From an uncultured Chloroflexia bacterium (GTDB lineage: Bacteria > Chloroflexota > Chloroflexia > QHBQ01 > JADMIH01), in contig CAWCNY010000002.1 in NCBI GenBank assembly GCA_963797095.1, positions 32,001-96,000 on the forward strand: 64,000 nucleotides of DNA, given 5' to 3'. Of this stretch, positions 38,229 to 48,529 are shown in pieces. The notes beneath the pieces are model-generated. The model did not search any database. It saw only the letters and a program-made list of their open reading frames with translations, and was not told the DNA's origin. Position 1 is the first letter of the stretch. Each line of letters opens with the position of its first letter. The translations under genes were made by a program, and so were the position numbers.

Positions 38229-39050
38229 ATGAGTAGCTACTCGTACAGCCACAATCACAACAGACAGGGCTATAACCCTCGCAGATACAGCGTATATCAG
38301 GTAGCAAGCGTAGAAGCCCAGGTACGTCAGTACCGCAAGAAGGCCGAAGTGCTGCTGGCAATCTTCTGGGTCATCCTATGCGTGGGAGTGGGTGGCGGTC
38401 TGGCATGGCTGCTCAAGCCGTGGCTCGATTCGCTTGGCCCTATCCTTGACAGACAGTTCGGCGCGACGCCGCAGGTCTACCGCGATATATCGCGCGCCTC
38501 CGGGCTGGCCGCCTATGGGCTGCTGTGGCTTTCGATGGCCTTCGGCATCCTGATCAGCGGCAAGATTTCACGCCTCTGGCCTGGAGCCCTCGAAGCGTTC
38601 GAGCTACACCGCTTCTGCTCGCTGCTGGCGCTTGGCGCGACCCTGCTGCACATTTTGATACTCATAGGCGATCCGCGCCTGGGTAGCGATCCCGTGCCTC
38701 TGCTGGCATTCGGGATGCTGGCAGCGAAAGCTCCCTGGGCATGGCTGGGCCAGCTATCGCTCTACGCGATGGCTATAGTGGTGGGCAGCTTCTACGTGCG
38801 CAAGTGGATAGGCAAGCAGGCATGGCGGCTGATACACGCCGCCACATTCGCGCTCTATTTGACCGCGCTCGCGCACTCGGTGGGCGCAACCACCGATAGC
38901 TCGATCCCAACGCTGGCGGCCTTCTACTGGGCGACTGTGGGCGGGCTGGGGGTGCTCTCTATCGCCCGCATCGTAGCTACACTTCGTGCAAAGCGCAAGA
39001 AGAAGCGCAAAGTAATATCCGCACATGCACCTGCACCTGCGCGTGCGTGA
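38229..39050 (+). CDS. Ferric-reductase-like transmembrane (MsrQ-like) protein
   Basis: RASGLAAY, LHR, LLHI, WRLIH, LAH heme-ligand His pattern. Confidence 0.8.
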   Translation: MSSYSYSHNHNRQGYNPRRYSVYQVASVEAQVRQYRKKAEVLLAIFWVILCVGVGGGLAWLLKPWLDSLGPILDRQFGATPQVYRDISRASGLAAYGLLWLSMAFGILISGKISRLWPGALEAFELHRFCSLLALGATLLHILILIGDPRLGSDPVPLLAFGMLAAKAPWAWLGQLSLYAMAIVVGSFYVRKWIGKQAWRLIHAATFALYLTALAHSVGATTDSSIPTLAAFYWATVGGLGVLSIARIVATLRAKRKKKRKVISAHAPAPARA

Positions 39051-39137
39051 TATACTTGAGCAACGCCGTTGCCCTCACGGCCCACAGTCGGATCATTTAT
39101 CAGGCGACCAACGGCGACAGGACCACCTGGATGGAAA

Positions 39138-41633
39138 ATGCTCAACACGACTATTGATTCATCTTCAGTTGGCCTGACAACCGCAGAGGCTGACGCCCGC
39201 CTGTCGCAGTTCGGCCCGAATCTGCCGGCCCGCAAGCGGCGCTCCAGCACCCTCACCCTGCTGCTGAGCCAGTTCAACAGCCCCATAGTCCTCCTGCTCC
39301 TCTTTTCAGCTGGGTTGTCCTTCTTTTTGGGCGAGTCGGTCGATGCCTCGATCATCCTTGTGATCGTGCTGTTGAGTGGATTCCTCAGCTTCTGGGAGGA
39401 ACGCGGGGCGGCCAACGCCGTCGATAAGCTCCTTGCCGCCGTGCAGGTCAAGGCCACGGTGCTCCGCGATGGCAAGCCTGTTGACCTGCCTGTAGAGCAG
39501 GTCGTGCCGGGCGACATCGTGCTGCTGGATGCGGGGGATGTTGTGCCCGCCGACTGCTCGATAATCGAGGCAAAAGATCTCTACGTGGACGAAGCCACGC
39601 TAACGGGCGAGACCTATCCGGTGGCTAAAGCACCGGGAAGCGTGAGCGAAGATGCACCACTGGCGCAGCGCACCAACGCCCTGTTTATGGGCACGCACGT
39701 GGTCAGCGGCACCGCCAGGGCAACTGTGGCGCATACGGGCAAGGACACGGAGTTCGGAGCGATCTCAGAGCGGCTTAAACTGAGGTCGCCTGAGACCGAG
39801 TTCGAGCGCGGCCTCAGGCGCTTCGGCTACCTGCTTGTAGAAGTTACCCTGATCCTGGTGCTCGCTATCTTCGCGATCAACGTCTATTTCGCCCGCCCTG
39901 TGATCAACTCTCTCCTTTTCGCGCTGGCCCTGGCTGTCGGGTTGACACCACAGCTTCTGCCCGCCATCGTCGCTATCAACCTGTCGCATGGGGCCAAGCG
40001 GATGGCCGCCGAGAAGGTGATCGTCAAGAGGCTGGCGTCCATCGAGAACTTCGGCAGCATGGATGTGCTCTGCTCGGACAAGACGGGCACGATCACCGAG
40101 GGGATAGTGCGTATTCATAGCGCCCTCGACGCGAACGGGCAAAGGAGCGAGCGCGTGCTTAAATACGCATATATCAACGCCTCGTTCGAGAGCGGGTTCA
40201 CCAACCCTATCGACCAGGCAATTTGCGCGCACACGAAAATCGACCTTTCAACCTATAAGAAGCTGGACGAGGTGCCGTACGACTTCATACGCAAACGGCT
40301 CAGCGTGCTGGTCCAGGCGAGCGATGGCTCTTGCTTCATGGTGACCAAGGGTGCTATAGCCGAGGTGCTGGCTGTGTGCGCCTCGGTGGAGGTGGGGCCG
40401 GGCCGCACGATTGGTATAGATGGGGCTAAGGAGGGCATCCTCAAGCAATGCCAGGAGATAAGCAACGAGGGCTACCGCACCATCGCTATTGCCTACCGGG
40501 ACTTCCAGCCTGGATCCAACCCGAGTATCTCCAAGCAAGATGAAGTCGGGATGACTTTCCTGGGCCTGCTGGCGTTGAACGATCCGCCCAAGGAGGGGGT
40601 CGAGGCGACCATAGCGCACCTTAAAGCGTTGGGCGTCACGCTCAAAATAATCACAGGCGACAACCACATGGTGGCGGCTCACGTCGCGCAGCAGGTAGGC
40701 CTCGACGTGTCTCGCGTGCTGTCGGGTGACGACCTGCGCACCATGAGCGACGAAGCCCTCATCAAGCAGGTGACCGAGGTGAGCGTGTTCGCGGAGGTGG
40801 AGCCTAACCAGAAGGAGCGCATCCTCCTTGCATTGAGGAAGGCGGGAAGGGTGGTCGGCTACCTGGGCGACGGCATCAACGACGCCACCGCCCTGCACGC
40901 CGCCGACGTAGGTATATCGGTGGACAGCGCGGTGGACGTGGCGAAGGAGGCCGCCGATATCGTGCTCCTCGATAGGGACCTGGGCGTGCTCGCCACGGGC
41001 GTGGCAGAGGGGCGCAAGACCTTCGCTAACACGCTCAAGTACGTGTTCATCACTACCAGCGCCAACTTCGGCAACATGATCAGCATGGCGAGCATCTCGC
41101 TCTTCCTTCCCTTCCTGCCTCTGCTGCCCAAGCAAATCCTGTTCAACAACTTCCTGACCGATTTCCCCACCATCGGCATCGCCACCGACAGCGTAGACCC
41201 CGAAATGGTGGAGAAGCCGAGACGCTGGAACGTCAAGCTAATACGGAACTTCATGGTGGTGTTCGGTCTCCACAGCTCCATCTTCGATTTCATCACTTTC
41301 GGCACGCTGCTCCTCCTCTTGCACGCCTCGGTAGACCAGTTCCGCACAGGTTGGTTCGTGGTCTCCGCCGTATCGGAGGTGCTTATCCTGCTCGTAATCA
41401 GAACACAAAGGGTCTTTCTAAAGAGCCGCCCCGGCAGATACCTGCTGATGGGCAGCCTGGTAGCCTCCGTGGTAGCGCTGGTGCTCCCATACACGCCACT
41501 AGGAACGCTGATCGGGTTCATCCCCCTACCGTGGCCTATGCTACTCTGCATGGGGGCGATCCTCGTGCTCTACGTGGTGACTGGCGAAGCACTGAAGCGT
41601 GGCTACTTCCGGTTCTCAGGATTCATCGGTTGA
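39138..41633 (+). CDS. mgtA: Magnesium-translocating P-type ATPase
   Basis: LTGE, ALAVGLTPQLLP, DKTGT, PYDFIRKR, TGDN, GDGINDA, SANFGN. Confidence 0.9.
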   Translation: MLNTTIDSSSVGLTTAEADARLSQFGPNLPARKRRSSTLTLLLSQFNSPIVLLLLFSAGLSFFLGESVDASIILVIVLLSGFLSFWEERGAANAVDKLLAAVQVKATVLRDGKPVDLPVEQVVPGDIVLLDAGDVVPADCSIIEAKDLYVDEATLTGETYPVAKAPGSVSEDAPLAQRTNALFMGTHVVSGTARATVAHTGKDTEFGAISERLKLRSPETEFERGLRRFGYLLVEVTLILVLAIFAINVYFARPVINSLLFALALAVGLTPQLLPAIVAINLSHGAKRMAAEKVIVKRLASIENFGSMDVLCSDKTGTITEGIVRIHSALDANGQRSERVLKYAYINASFESGFTNPIDQAICAHTKIDLSTYKKLDEVPYDFIRKRLSVLVQASDGSCFMVTKGAIAEVLAVCASVEVGPGRTIGIDGAKEGILKQCQEISNEGYRTIAIAYRDFQPGSNPSISKQDEVGMTFLGLLALNDPPKEGVEATIAHLKALGVTLKIITGDNHMVAAHVAQQVGLDVSRVLSGDDLRTMSDEALIKQVTEVSVFAEVEPNQKERILLALRKAGRVVGYLGDGINDATALHAADVGISVDSAVDVAKEAADIVLLDRDLGVLATGVAEGRKTFANTLKYVFITTSANFGNMISMASISLFLPFLPLLPKQILFNNFLTDFPTIGIATDSVDPEMVEKPRRWNVKLIRNFMVVFGLHSSIFDFITFGTLLLLLHASVDQFRTGWFVVSAVSEVLILLVIRTQRVFLKSRPGRYLLMGSLVASVVALVLPYTPLGTLIGFIPLPWPMLLCMGAILVLYVVTGEALKRGYFRFSGFIG

Positions 41634-41865
41634 ATTTCATAGGGCGAAAAAATACGTATGATCAGGTTAGTCCCGTTAATAGTCCAACGGGCAACGCCAG
41701 ACCCAGACTTGGCGAGGCATTCCAAATACTGTCGCTCAAGAAGAATGTAAAGTGGGGTACCCACAAGGCAATGTCGTCGAATAAAGATGCAGATTGTAGG
41801 GGTGTCTCTAGTAGGTGCCTCGATGGATTGCCACCCAGGCCAAGTCTCGAAGGGATGTAAGAGCG

Positions 41866-41971
41866 TAGTAAGCCCTGTGGATGACGTGCCCCCATGCCAA
41901 GTCCCGTAGGGACGTATGAGTATAGCATAGCGCTTACGCCCTGGGCTACTCTCTACCGTCCCTTCGGGACT
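41866..41971. repeat. REP-like palindromic element
   Basis: GTCCCGTAGGGAC and GTCCCTTCGGGAC hairpins plus CTTACGCCCTGGGCTAC. Confidence 0.55.
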
Positions 41972-42081
41972 ACCAGGAATGGCGTACGAGCAGGACACCT
42001 GCCAGTGGTGCCCACACAGGGGCTACCTTCGTGGGTTCTATGCGCCAGCATCGCCCACAAGGGGTGCCTCTATGTCACATC

Positions 42082-42197
42082 CCAAAAACCACCCGAAAGT
42101 ACACCCCAAAACCTGTCCCGTTTTGCCCCACCAATGCCATTAAGTTAACGAGGGCAAGACTAAACACCTTCCCATCAACCCACCAAAATCCCGATCA
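42082..42197 (+). repeat. Dispersed ~115-bp intergenic repeat, copy 1
   Basis: AAAACCACCCGAAAGTACACCCCAAAACCTGTCC...CCCCACCAATGCC...GTTAACGAGGGCAAGAC also occurs near 62427. Confidence 0.88.
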
Positions 42198-42319
42198 CCG
42201 GCTATACCAAAGTACGCAAAGCACGCATCTTTATCCCGATCTTGGAGGCAGACCACCAATGTCATCTATGCTATAATGTGCTTCACCCGCCATACACCGG
42301 GCCATCGGGAGGACTAAAT

Positions 42320-43702
42320 ATGGCTGCATCTCCGGCTGCCGCTCAGGTGGTTGCACCGCAGACGGTGGTTATCGAGGCACGCGACACGCAGGAGCGCATA
42401 CCGTTCCTGGCGGTGGGGTCATGGGCGTTGTACGACTTCGCGAACACGATCTTTTCGCTCAACATCATCAGCACTTATTTCCCGCAATATATCGTGGACG
42501 ATAAGAAGCTGAACGACGCGGTATATGCCTACCCGCAATCGTTCGCGCTTCTGCTGGTTGCGCTGATCATGCCCTTGTTGGGCGCGCTCTCCGATAGGGC
42601 AGGGCGTCGCATCCCCTGGTTGGCGGGCTTTACCTTCCTCTGCATCGCCATGAACCTCGTAATGGGCCTGACGGACAACGTGTGGATCGTCATCGCGGGC
42701 TACGTGGTGGCAAGCATAGGCTACCAGACCGCCCTGGTCTTCTACGATGCGCTCCTGCCGTCGGTAAGCACCACCCTCAACTGGGGAAAGGTATCGGGAC
42801 TGGGCGTGGGGCTTGGCTATGTAGGAGCGCTCTTCGGTGGTCTGGCCGTGACCCTGCTGATCGGTTCGGACGGCAAGAACCACGATGGCTTCATCCCATC
42901 GGCGCTTCTCTTCCTGGTGTTCGCCCTCCCCTGCTTCTTCTTTGTCAAGGAACGGCGAAAGACGAAGGACGAAGGACGAAGGACGGTAACAGTAATAGAG
43001 GAAAGCACACAAGGAACAGAAGCTCACGTATCGCGTATCACGCACCAGGAGCCTTCCGAGCCGATTTCGTGGCGCAACGCCACCACCCAGATATGGCACA
43101 CCATCCAGGACGCCAGGCAGGTGCCGGGCCTTATTCGCTTCCTGGTGGCTAACTTCTTCTATTCGGACGCGCTCAACACCGTGATCATAGCGATGGGTGT
43201 CTATGCAACTCAGGTAATCGGCTTCAAGAGCGCATTTACCGTGCTGGCCCCGGCCATCGTGACGGCGGTGATCGGGTCGTGGTTGTTCGGGCTGGTCACC
43301 GACCGCATCACGTCGAAGCAAAGCCTGATCATCGCGCTGGCATTATGGATAGTAGTGCTGATAGCGGCGATATTCATCACCGATCAGGTGATCTTCCAGT
43401 GGGGCATCGCTACCCTGGCCGGGGTGGCGCTCGGCGGCACCTGGACCGCTGCCCGCACCATGATGGTGGAGCTAAGCCCGCGAGACAAGCTGGGCGAGTT
43501 CATGGGCATCTACAACCTCACGGGCAAGTTCTCGGCGGTGCTGGGGCCGGCCCTGTGGGGCACCACTCTGCTCCTTCTCGACCCCAAGATATATGGGCAT
43601 TTCGCCTACGGCATAGGCATAGGCACGCTTATGCTGATGGTGGTGGTAGGGCTGGCGATCCACCTCGGCACGCCCAATGTGCGCAGGGTGAAGGGACGTT
43701 AG
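42320..43702 (+). CDS. MFS transporter (UMF1/ATG22-like)
   Basis: WALYDFAN, GALSDRAGRR, FYDALLP, SGLG.GLGY.G, GEFMGIY. Confidence 0.88.
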   Translation: MAASPAAAQVVAPQTVVIEARDTQERIPFLAVGSWALYDFANTIFSLNIISTYFPQYIVDDKKLNDAVYAYPQSFALLLVALIMPLLGALSDRAGRRIPWLAGFTFLCIAMNLVMGLTDNVWIVIAGYVVASIGYQTALVFYDALLPSVSTTLNWGKVSGLGVGLGYVGALFGGLAVTLLIGSDGKNHDGFIPSALLFLVFALPCFFFVKERRKTKDEGRRTVTVIEESTQGTEAHVSRITHQEPSEPISWRNATTQIWHTIQDARQVPGLIRFLVANFFYSDALNTVIIAMGVYATQVIGFKSAFTVLAPAIVTAVIGSWLFGLVTDRITSKQSLIIALALWIVVLIAAIFITDQVIFQWGIATLAGVALGGTWTAARTMMVELSPRDKLGEFMGIYNLTGKFSAVLGPALWGTTLLLLDPKIYGHFAYGIGIGTLMLMVVVGLAIHLGTPNVRRVKGR

Positions 43703-43777
43703 TAGGAGGTCAACGCGCTATAGTGGTTCCCGGTTCTGACAACTGGCTCTGACTGCCGAGATTCGACATCCAGCATC

Positions 43778-43806
43778 TTGACAACCCCCCTCCCTTCCGC
43801 TATCAT
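43778..43806 (+). promoter_or_regulatory. Sigma70 promoter of the T-box/ser operon
   Basis: TTGACA-17-TATCAT. Confidence 0.75.
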
Positions 43807-43827
43807 AAACACATCAGCCGGATAAAC

Positions 43828-44080
43828 AAGAGGCGTTTACTCCGAACATTCCCTCGGAGGAGCCGCGCTTCGGAAACGTGTAACCGCAGACGCAAAGACG
43901 CAGGCGGTAGGCACGACTAAGTTGCGCCGGGAGTTCCCGTTACAGGACTGGGGTATGTCAGCACAGGCGACGAAGCCAGGCAGGAGTACCCGACGAGGCC
44001 GCGATGGCAACTGCGCGGCGAACTGGGGTGGCACCACGAGTATTTTGCTCGTCCTCACATAGAGGGCGGGCGTTTTTGTT
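43828..44080 (+). promoter_or_regulatory. T-box riboswitch leader, presumably serine-responsive
   Basis: AGTTCC-CGTTA stem IIA/B; T-box AACTGGGGTGGCACCACG; terminator GCTCGTCCTC..GAGGGCGGGC-TTTTT. Specifier codon not resolved. Confidence 0.9.
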
Positions 44081-44116
44081 AACCCGACGAAAGAAGACAA
44101 GTAGTAAGCGATTGAA

Positions 44117-44168
44117 TAAGCAATACGCAGTACGAAATACGCAGTACGAAATACGCAGTACGAAATAA
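44117..44168. repeat. TACGCAG/TACGAAA heptamer tract
   Basis: Same unit as 1384-1452. Confidence 0.92.
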
Positions 44169-44196
44169 CTTTCGCCCTTCGTCACGGAGATAAACT

Positions 44197-45981
44197 ATGC
44201 ACAAGATACTGATAACCGAGCCTTTACACGAAGCGGGCGTGAAAGCCCTGGAGCGTGAGTTCGCGGTCGAGATCAAGATGGGGCTGTCCCAGGACGCACT
44301 TGCCCAGATCATCGGGGGCTATGACGGTGTAATCACGCGGTCGGGCACGGCTGTGCGAGCCGATCTCCTGGAAGCAGGGGTGCGCGACGGCGGGCGGCTG
44401 CGCGTGGTTGGTAGGGCAGGCATCGGCGTGGACAATATCGAAATCCAGGCAGCCACCGCCCGAAGCGTGGCCGTCGTAAACGCTCCGATGGGCAACGTGC
44501 GGGCTGCTGCCGAGCACACCATCGCGCTCATGTTCGCCCTTTCCCGCAACATACCCCAGGCACACAACCTCCTGCACGAAGGCGTTTGGGGCAAGAACCA
44601 TTTCATGGGGACCGAGGTGGCCGACAAGACGCTCGGCATCTTCGGGCTTGGCAAGGTGGGCACTCAGGTAGCCCGACGGGGTCTTGCCCTCGATATGCGC
44701 GTGCTGGCTTACGACCCCTTCGTGACGCAGGGGATGGAGGGCGTGGAACTGGTAGCCTTCGATGATCTGCTCCGCCAGGCCGACTACGTAACCCTCCATG
44801 TACCTCTCACCCCTCTCACCACCAACATGATTGGCGAAAGAGAACTTGGCTTGATGAAGCGGACGGCATTCCTCATCAATTGCGCCCGCGGCAAGGCCGT
44901 GGACGAAAAGGCCGTATACGAGGCTTGTAAGTCGGGCGACATCAAGGGCGCGGCCCTTGATGTGTTCGCTTCGGAGCCGCTGAAGGCAAGCCCCCTTCTT
45001 GAGCTGGAAAATGTGATCACGACGCCTCACCTGGGAGGCACAACCCAGGAAGCGATGAGGGCCTCGGCCCTGGAGGTCGCCGGGCAGGTGCGCGCCGTGC
45101 TGCTCGGCGAGTACCCGGCCCACATCCTGAACCCCGAGGTGTTGCTGCCTGTCGCGCCTATTATGCCTTCCACGCTGAATGTGTGGGAAAGCTTCCGCCG
45201 CGTGGTATTCGACTGCAACTCGACCCTCACCCGCATCGAGGGGATAGACGAATTGGCGGCCATGAACGACGTGCCCCACGAGATAGCCGAGATGACGCGC
45301 CGCGCAATGGACGGCGAGATCGCCTTCGAGGAGATATTCGCCCGCAGGCTCGATATCATCAAACCCACGCGCAGGCAGCTATCCGGCATAGGCAAGTTTT
45401 ACGTATCGACGCTGGTGGCTGATGCGGGCGCTGTAACCGAGGCGCTCGAAGCGCTCGGCATCGAAGTGCACATAGTATCGGGCGGCTACAGAGATGCCCT
45501 GCTGCCTGTTGCAGAAAAACTGAAGGTTCCCCAGGAAAGAGTGCACGCCAACGATCTCTACTTCAATGAAAGGGGCGAGTACACCGGTTTTGACCAGGAG
45601 AACCCCCTGTGCAAATCGGGTGGGAAAGCAGAGATAATTAAGCGCTTGCCGAGAGAGCCACGCACAATGCTGATCGGGGATGGAGCCTCGGACGCGGAGG
45701 TAGGGGCGCACGTCGAACTATTCGTGGGTTTCGGAGGCGTAGAAAAAAGGGATGCCGTGCGCAACGTAGCCCCCGTATACCTGAATGGCGAGAGCCTGGC
45801 CCCTCTCCTTGTGATGGCCGCAGGCATGGAGGGCACTTGCACCCTGCTCTCTGACCACCATTACAGGCCGCTGGCGGTAAAGGGCTTATCCATCCTGATG
45901 CGCGAAGGTGAAACCGACTATCGCCCAGAATACAGGCCCTTCTTCGACAGGATAAGGAAGTTTTGCCTGGAAGGAGTGTAA
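44197..45981 (+). CDS. serA: D-3-phosphoglycerate dehydrogenase fused to a C-terminal HAD phosphoserine phosphatase (SerA-SerB)
   Basis: GRAGIGVDNI, AEH, GLGKVG, INCARG, DVF..EP, TPHLG; then FDCNST..EGIDELA, T.RAMDG, VSGG, K, IGDGASD. Confidence 0.92.
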   Translation: MHKILITEPLHEAGVKALEREFAVEIKMGLSQDALAQIIGGYDGVITRSGTAVRADLLEAGVRDGGRLRVVGRAGIGVDNIEIQAATARSVAVVNAPMGNVRAAAEHTIALMFALSRNIPQAHNLLHEGVWGKNHFMGTEVADKTLGIFGLGKVGTQVARRGLALDMRVLAYDPFVTQGMEGVELVAFDDLLRQADYVTLHVPLTPLTTNMIGERELGLMKRTAFLINCARGKAVDEKAVYEACKSGDIKGAALDVFASEPLKASPLLELENVITTPHLGGTTQEAMRASALEVAGQVRAVLLGEYPAHILNPEVLLPVAPIMPSTLNVWESFRRVVFDCNSTLTRIEGIDELAAMNDVPHEIAEMTRRAMDGEIAFEEIFARRLDIIKPTRRQLSGIGKFYVSTLVADAGAVTEALEALGIEVHIVSGGYRDALLPVAEKLKVPQERVHANDLYFNERGEYTGFDQENPLCKSGGKAEIIKRLPREPRTMLIGDGASDAEVGAHVELFVGFGGVEKRDAVRNVAPVYLNGESLAPLLVMAAGMEGTCTLLSDHHYRPLAVKGLSILMREGETDYRPEYRPFFDRIRKFCLEGV

Positions 45982-45986
45982 TAACA

Positions 45987-46103
45987 AGTGACGAGTGACG
46001 AGTGATAAGAAGCCAACAAATCGCTACTCGCTACTCGTCACTCGCTACTCGTCACTCGCTACTCGCTACTCGCTACTCGCTACTCGCTACTCGTCACTCG
46101 CCA
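45987..46103. repeat. AGTGACG x2-3 followed by TCG(C/T)(T/C)AC x12; partly self-complementary heptamer tract
   Basis: Direct reading. Confidence 0.93.
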
Positions 46104-46120
46104 CCAAAGAGAGGTAAAGC

Positions 46121-47227
46121 ATGCAACTAAGAATACCCGGCCCCACACCGCTGCCTGACGAAGTGCTGGACGCCATGCACAGGCCCATGATTTCGCACCG
46201 TGGGGCCGAATTCCACGATTTGATGAGAGACGTTACCGAGCGCCTCCAATACTGCTTCGGCACTAAGGGCGATGTGCTCATCTTCCCTGGGGCAGGCACA
46301 GGCGGGCTTGAAGCTGCGATTGCCAACCTCTTTTCGCCTGGAGACAAAGTGCTCTCCGTCACAGTAGGCGCGTTCGGTGAGCGATTCGCCGAGGTCGCGG
46401 AGAGATTCGGGCTTGAAGTCATAAAAGTGGAGTCCCAGTGGGGTAAGCCAGCCGACCTGCCAGGCCTGCGGAAAGCCCTCGAGGCGAGTGGAAATGTGGC
46501 GGGCGTGCTCATGACCCACAATGAGACCTCCACAGGCGTACAAAACGACGTGGAAAGCGTATCACAAATAATAAGGGAACATGGGGCGAATAAAGGATCG
46601 CGACCCCTGCTGGTGGTGGACGCGATTTCCTCGCTTGGCGCGGTGGATATCCCTGTCGATAAGTGGGAAATAGACGTAATAGTCACTGCCTCACAAAAGG
46701 CGTGGATGGCTCCTCCTGGCCTCACAATGCTGTCGGCAAGCGAAAGGGCCTGGCAAGCCAACAAGATAGCGAAACTACCACGTTTCTACTGGGACTTTGG
46801 CGAAGCGAAACGCTTTCTGGCAAAGTGGGAGACACCCTACACTCCCGCCGTATCGCTCCTGTACGGCCTGCAAGCCTCCCTACACCTCATCATGAAGGAG
46901 GGCCTGCAAAACGTCTTCGCCAGGCACAAGCGATTGCGCGACATAGTCAGGGATGGCGCGCGCCGGCTTGGATTCGACACATTTGCCGCAGACGAAGTAG
47001 CCTCTCGCACTGTGACCGCGCTACTACCCCCCGACGGAGTAGCGGCCAAAGAAATAGTGCGCTCGTTGAAAGAGCGCGATATCATAATCACGGGCGGACA
47101 GGGCGCTTACGAAAGCAAAATCATCCGCATAGGACACATGGGCTTCGCCCGCGAAGAAGATATGCAAGAGGTTCTGTCCGCCCTCGGCAATGTCGTGGAT
47201 TCGCTGCGAACTGCGACGGTGGGATAG
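46121..47227 (+). CDS. Class V PLP aminotransferase (AGT/serine-pyruvate family), likely the phosphoserine aminotransferase step
   Basis: IPGPTP, HNETSTG, VDAISS, ASQKAW, RIGHMG; in operon with serA. Confidence 0.88.
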   Translation: MQLRIPGPTPLPDEVLDAMHRPMISHRGAEFHDLMRDVTERLQYCFGTKGDVLIFPGAGTGGLEAAIANLFSPGDKVLSVTVGAFGERFAEVAERFGLEVIKVESQWGKPADLPGLRKALEASGNVAGVLMTHNETSTGVQNDVESVSQIIREHGANKGSRPLLVVDAISSLGAVDIPVDKWEIDVIVTASQKAWMAPPGLTMLSASERAWQANKIAKLPRFYWDFGEAKRFLAKWETPYTPAVSLLYGLQASLHLIMKEGLQNVFARHKRLRDIVRDGARRLGFDTFAADEVASRTVTALLPPDGVAAKEIVRSLKERDIIITGGQGAYESKIIRIGHMGFAREEDMQEVLSALGNVVDSLRTATVG

Positions 47228-47233
47228 TCCCGC

Positions 47234-47758
47234 TCAGCTAATAGAGAACATCGCCCCTTCAAGCTCCAGCAGGCGGCGCTTCATATCCAACCCACCGCCG
47301 TAGCCCGTCAAACTGCCGTCGCTGCCGATTATCCTGTGGCATGGCACGATAATCGGCACAGGGTTCGCGCCATTGGCCGCGCCCACCGCCCGGACCGCAC
47401 TCGGCTGCCCGATCGCGTTGGCTATATCGCGGTAGCTACGCACCTGGGCATAACCAACCCCATACACCTCGTTCCACACCCTCAGCTGAAAAGGCGTACC
47501 CCGCATATCTAATGGCACATCGAACTCCTGCACCTCCCCCGCGAAATAACCCGAAAGCTCCTGCTCCAACCGCGCCACGCGTGGGTCGCCTTCGCCGGAC
47601 GAAATATGCGCCTGCGGTTCCCATTTGCGCGCCCACAACAGGCATTCCCTATGATCATCTTTCGGGAAAAGAAGCAAGGACAATCCCCCATCAGTGAAGA
47701 CCGCCCCGAATTCACCTGCGGGCGTGCCGACCTTGCACACAGTTACTTCCTCTGCCAT
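47234..47758 (-). CDS. ogt: Methylated-DNA--protein-cysteine methyltransferase
   Basis: GTPFQ, RAVGAANGANP, IVPCHR, LTGYGGG. Confidence 0.95.
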   Translation of the reverse strand: MAEEVTVCKVGTPAGEFGAVFTDGGLSLLLFPKDDHRECLLWARKWEPQAHISSGEGDPRVARLEQELSGYFAGEVQEFDVPLDMRGTPFQLRVWNEVYGVGYAQVRSYRDIANAIGQPSAVRAVGAANGANPVPIIVPCHRIIGSDGSLTGYGGGLDMKRRLLELEGAMFSIS

Positions 47759-47972
47759 CTTATCTCTCCTGCAACAATATCTATCAGTATTAAACAGCAT
47801 AATGGATCGAGGTGCCAGTACGCGAACAAAATACAACCCATGCTACACGAGACAATAAGCACCACCTGGGGCACAGCAATTGGAACGATCCTACAGCCCA
47901 CGCCGTTACAAACTCGCTTATCGGTGCAATTTGCTCCTGGGACAACCTTGAGCCTTTAGCACGACTATGCGC

Positions 47973-48506
47973 TTAGTGCCCATCTGTGTCGTTTTCCGCC
48001 GGGCCTGCTTCGCCTTCCAACCCTACGGCGATCAAGTAGCCTCGCGCACGCTCGGTCAACGGGTAGCGGGCCACCAGCTTCCAGAAGGCAGGCGAATGAT
48101 TAGGCTCAATAAGATGGGCTAGTTCGTGGACAAGCACATAGTCAAGCACCCATAGCGGCATTGCCGCCACGCGGTCGGAAACGCGGATAGTAGCGGTGGA
48201 GGGCGTGCAGGAACCGTAGCGGTGGCGCTGGTTCGTCACCCACTTGATCTCATTGAACCTCAGCTTGTCTCCAAAATGGATGCGATTGAGGGCGGCGGCA
48301 CGCTTCCAGAGATCGGGCAGCTTTCCCTCGGCGCTCCGTACCTTGTGCAGCACCCTCTGGGCCAGGCTATCGACCAGCCTGTGCTCCTCAGAGGCGCTCA
48401 ACCCTTCGGGAACTCGCACAACAAGTGTACCATCTACCATGCGGGCTGACGCTGTTTTGGTGCGGTTTGGCGAGCGTATTATCTCTATTGGCGGCTTATC
48501 ATCCAT
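47973..48506 (-). CDS. YgjP/SprT-like zinc metallopeptidase (DUF45)
   Basis: RYGSCT, DYVLVHELAHL.EPNHS..FW. Confidence 0.88.
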   Translation of the reverse strand: MDDKPPIEIIRSPNRTKTASARMVDGTLVVRVPEGLSASEEHRLVDSLAQRVLHKVRSAEGKLPDLWKRAAALNRIHFGDKLRFNEIKWVTNQRHRYGSCTPSTATIRVSDRVAAMPLWVLDYVLVHELAHLIEPNHSPAFWKLVARYPLTERARGYLIAVGLEGEAGPAENDTDGH

Positions 48507-48529
48507 ATATCGGCATACACATCTATCTG

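Noticed and set aside
39051-39137. Mg2+ (M-box) riboswitch upstream of mgtA
   Set aside because: Gap is under 90 nt and I recognised no ykoK consensus
44224-45279. Long antisense ORFs (also 40248-41135, 42419-43321, 28408-29157)
   Set aside because: Shadow frames of well-supported GC-rich genes
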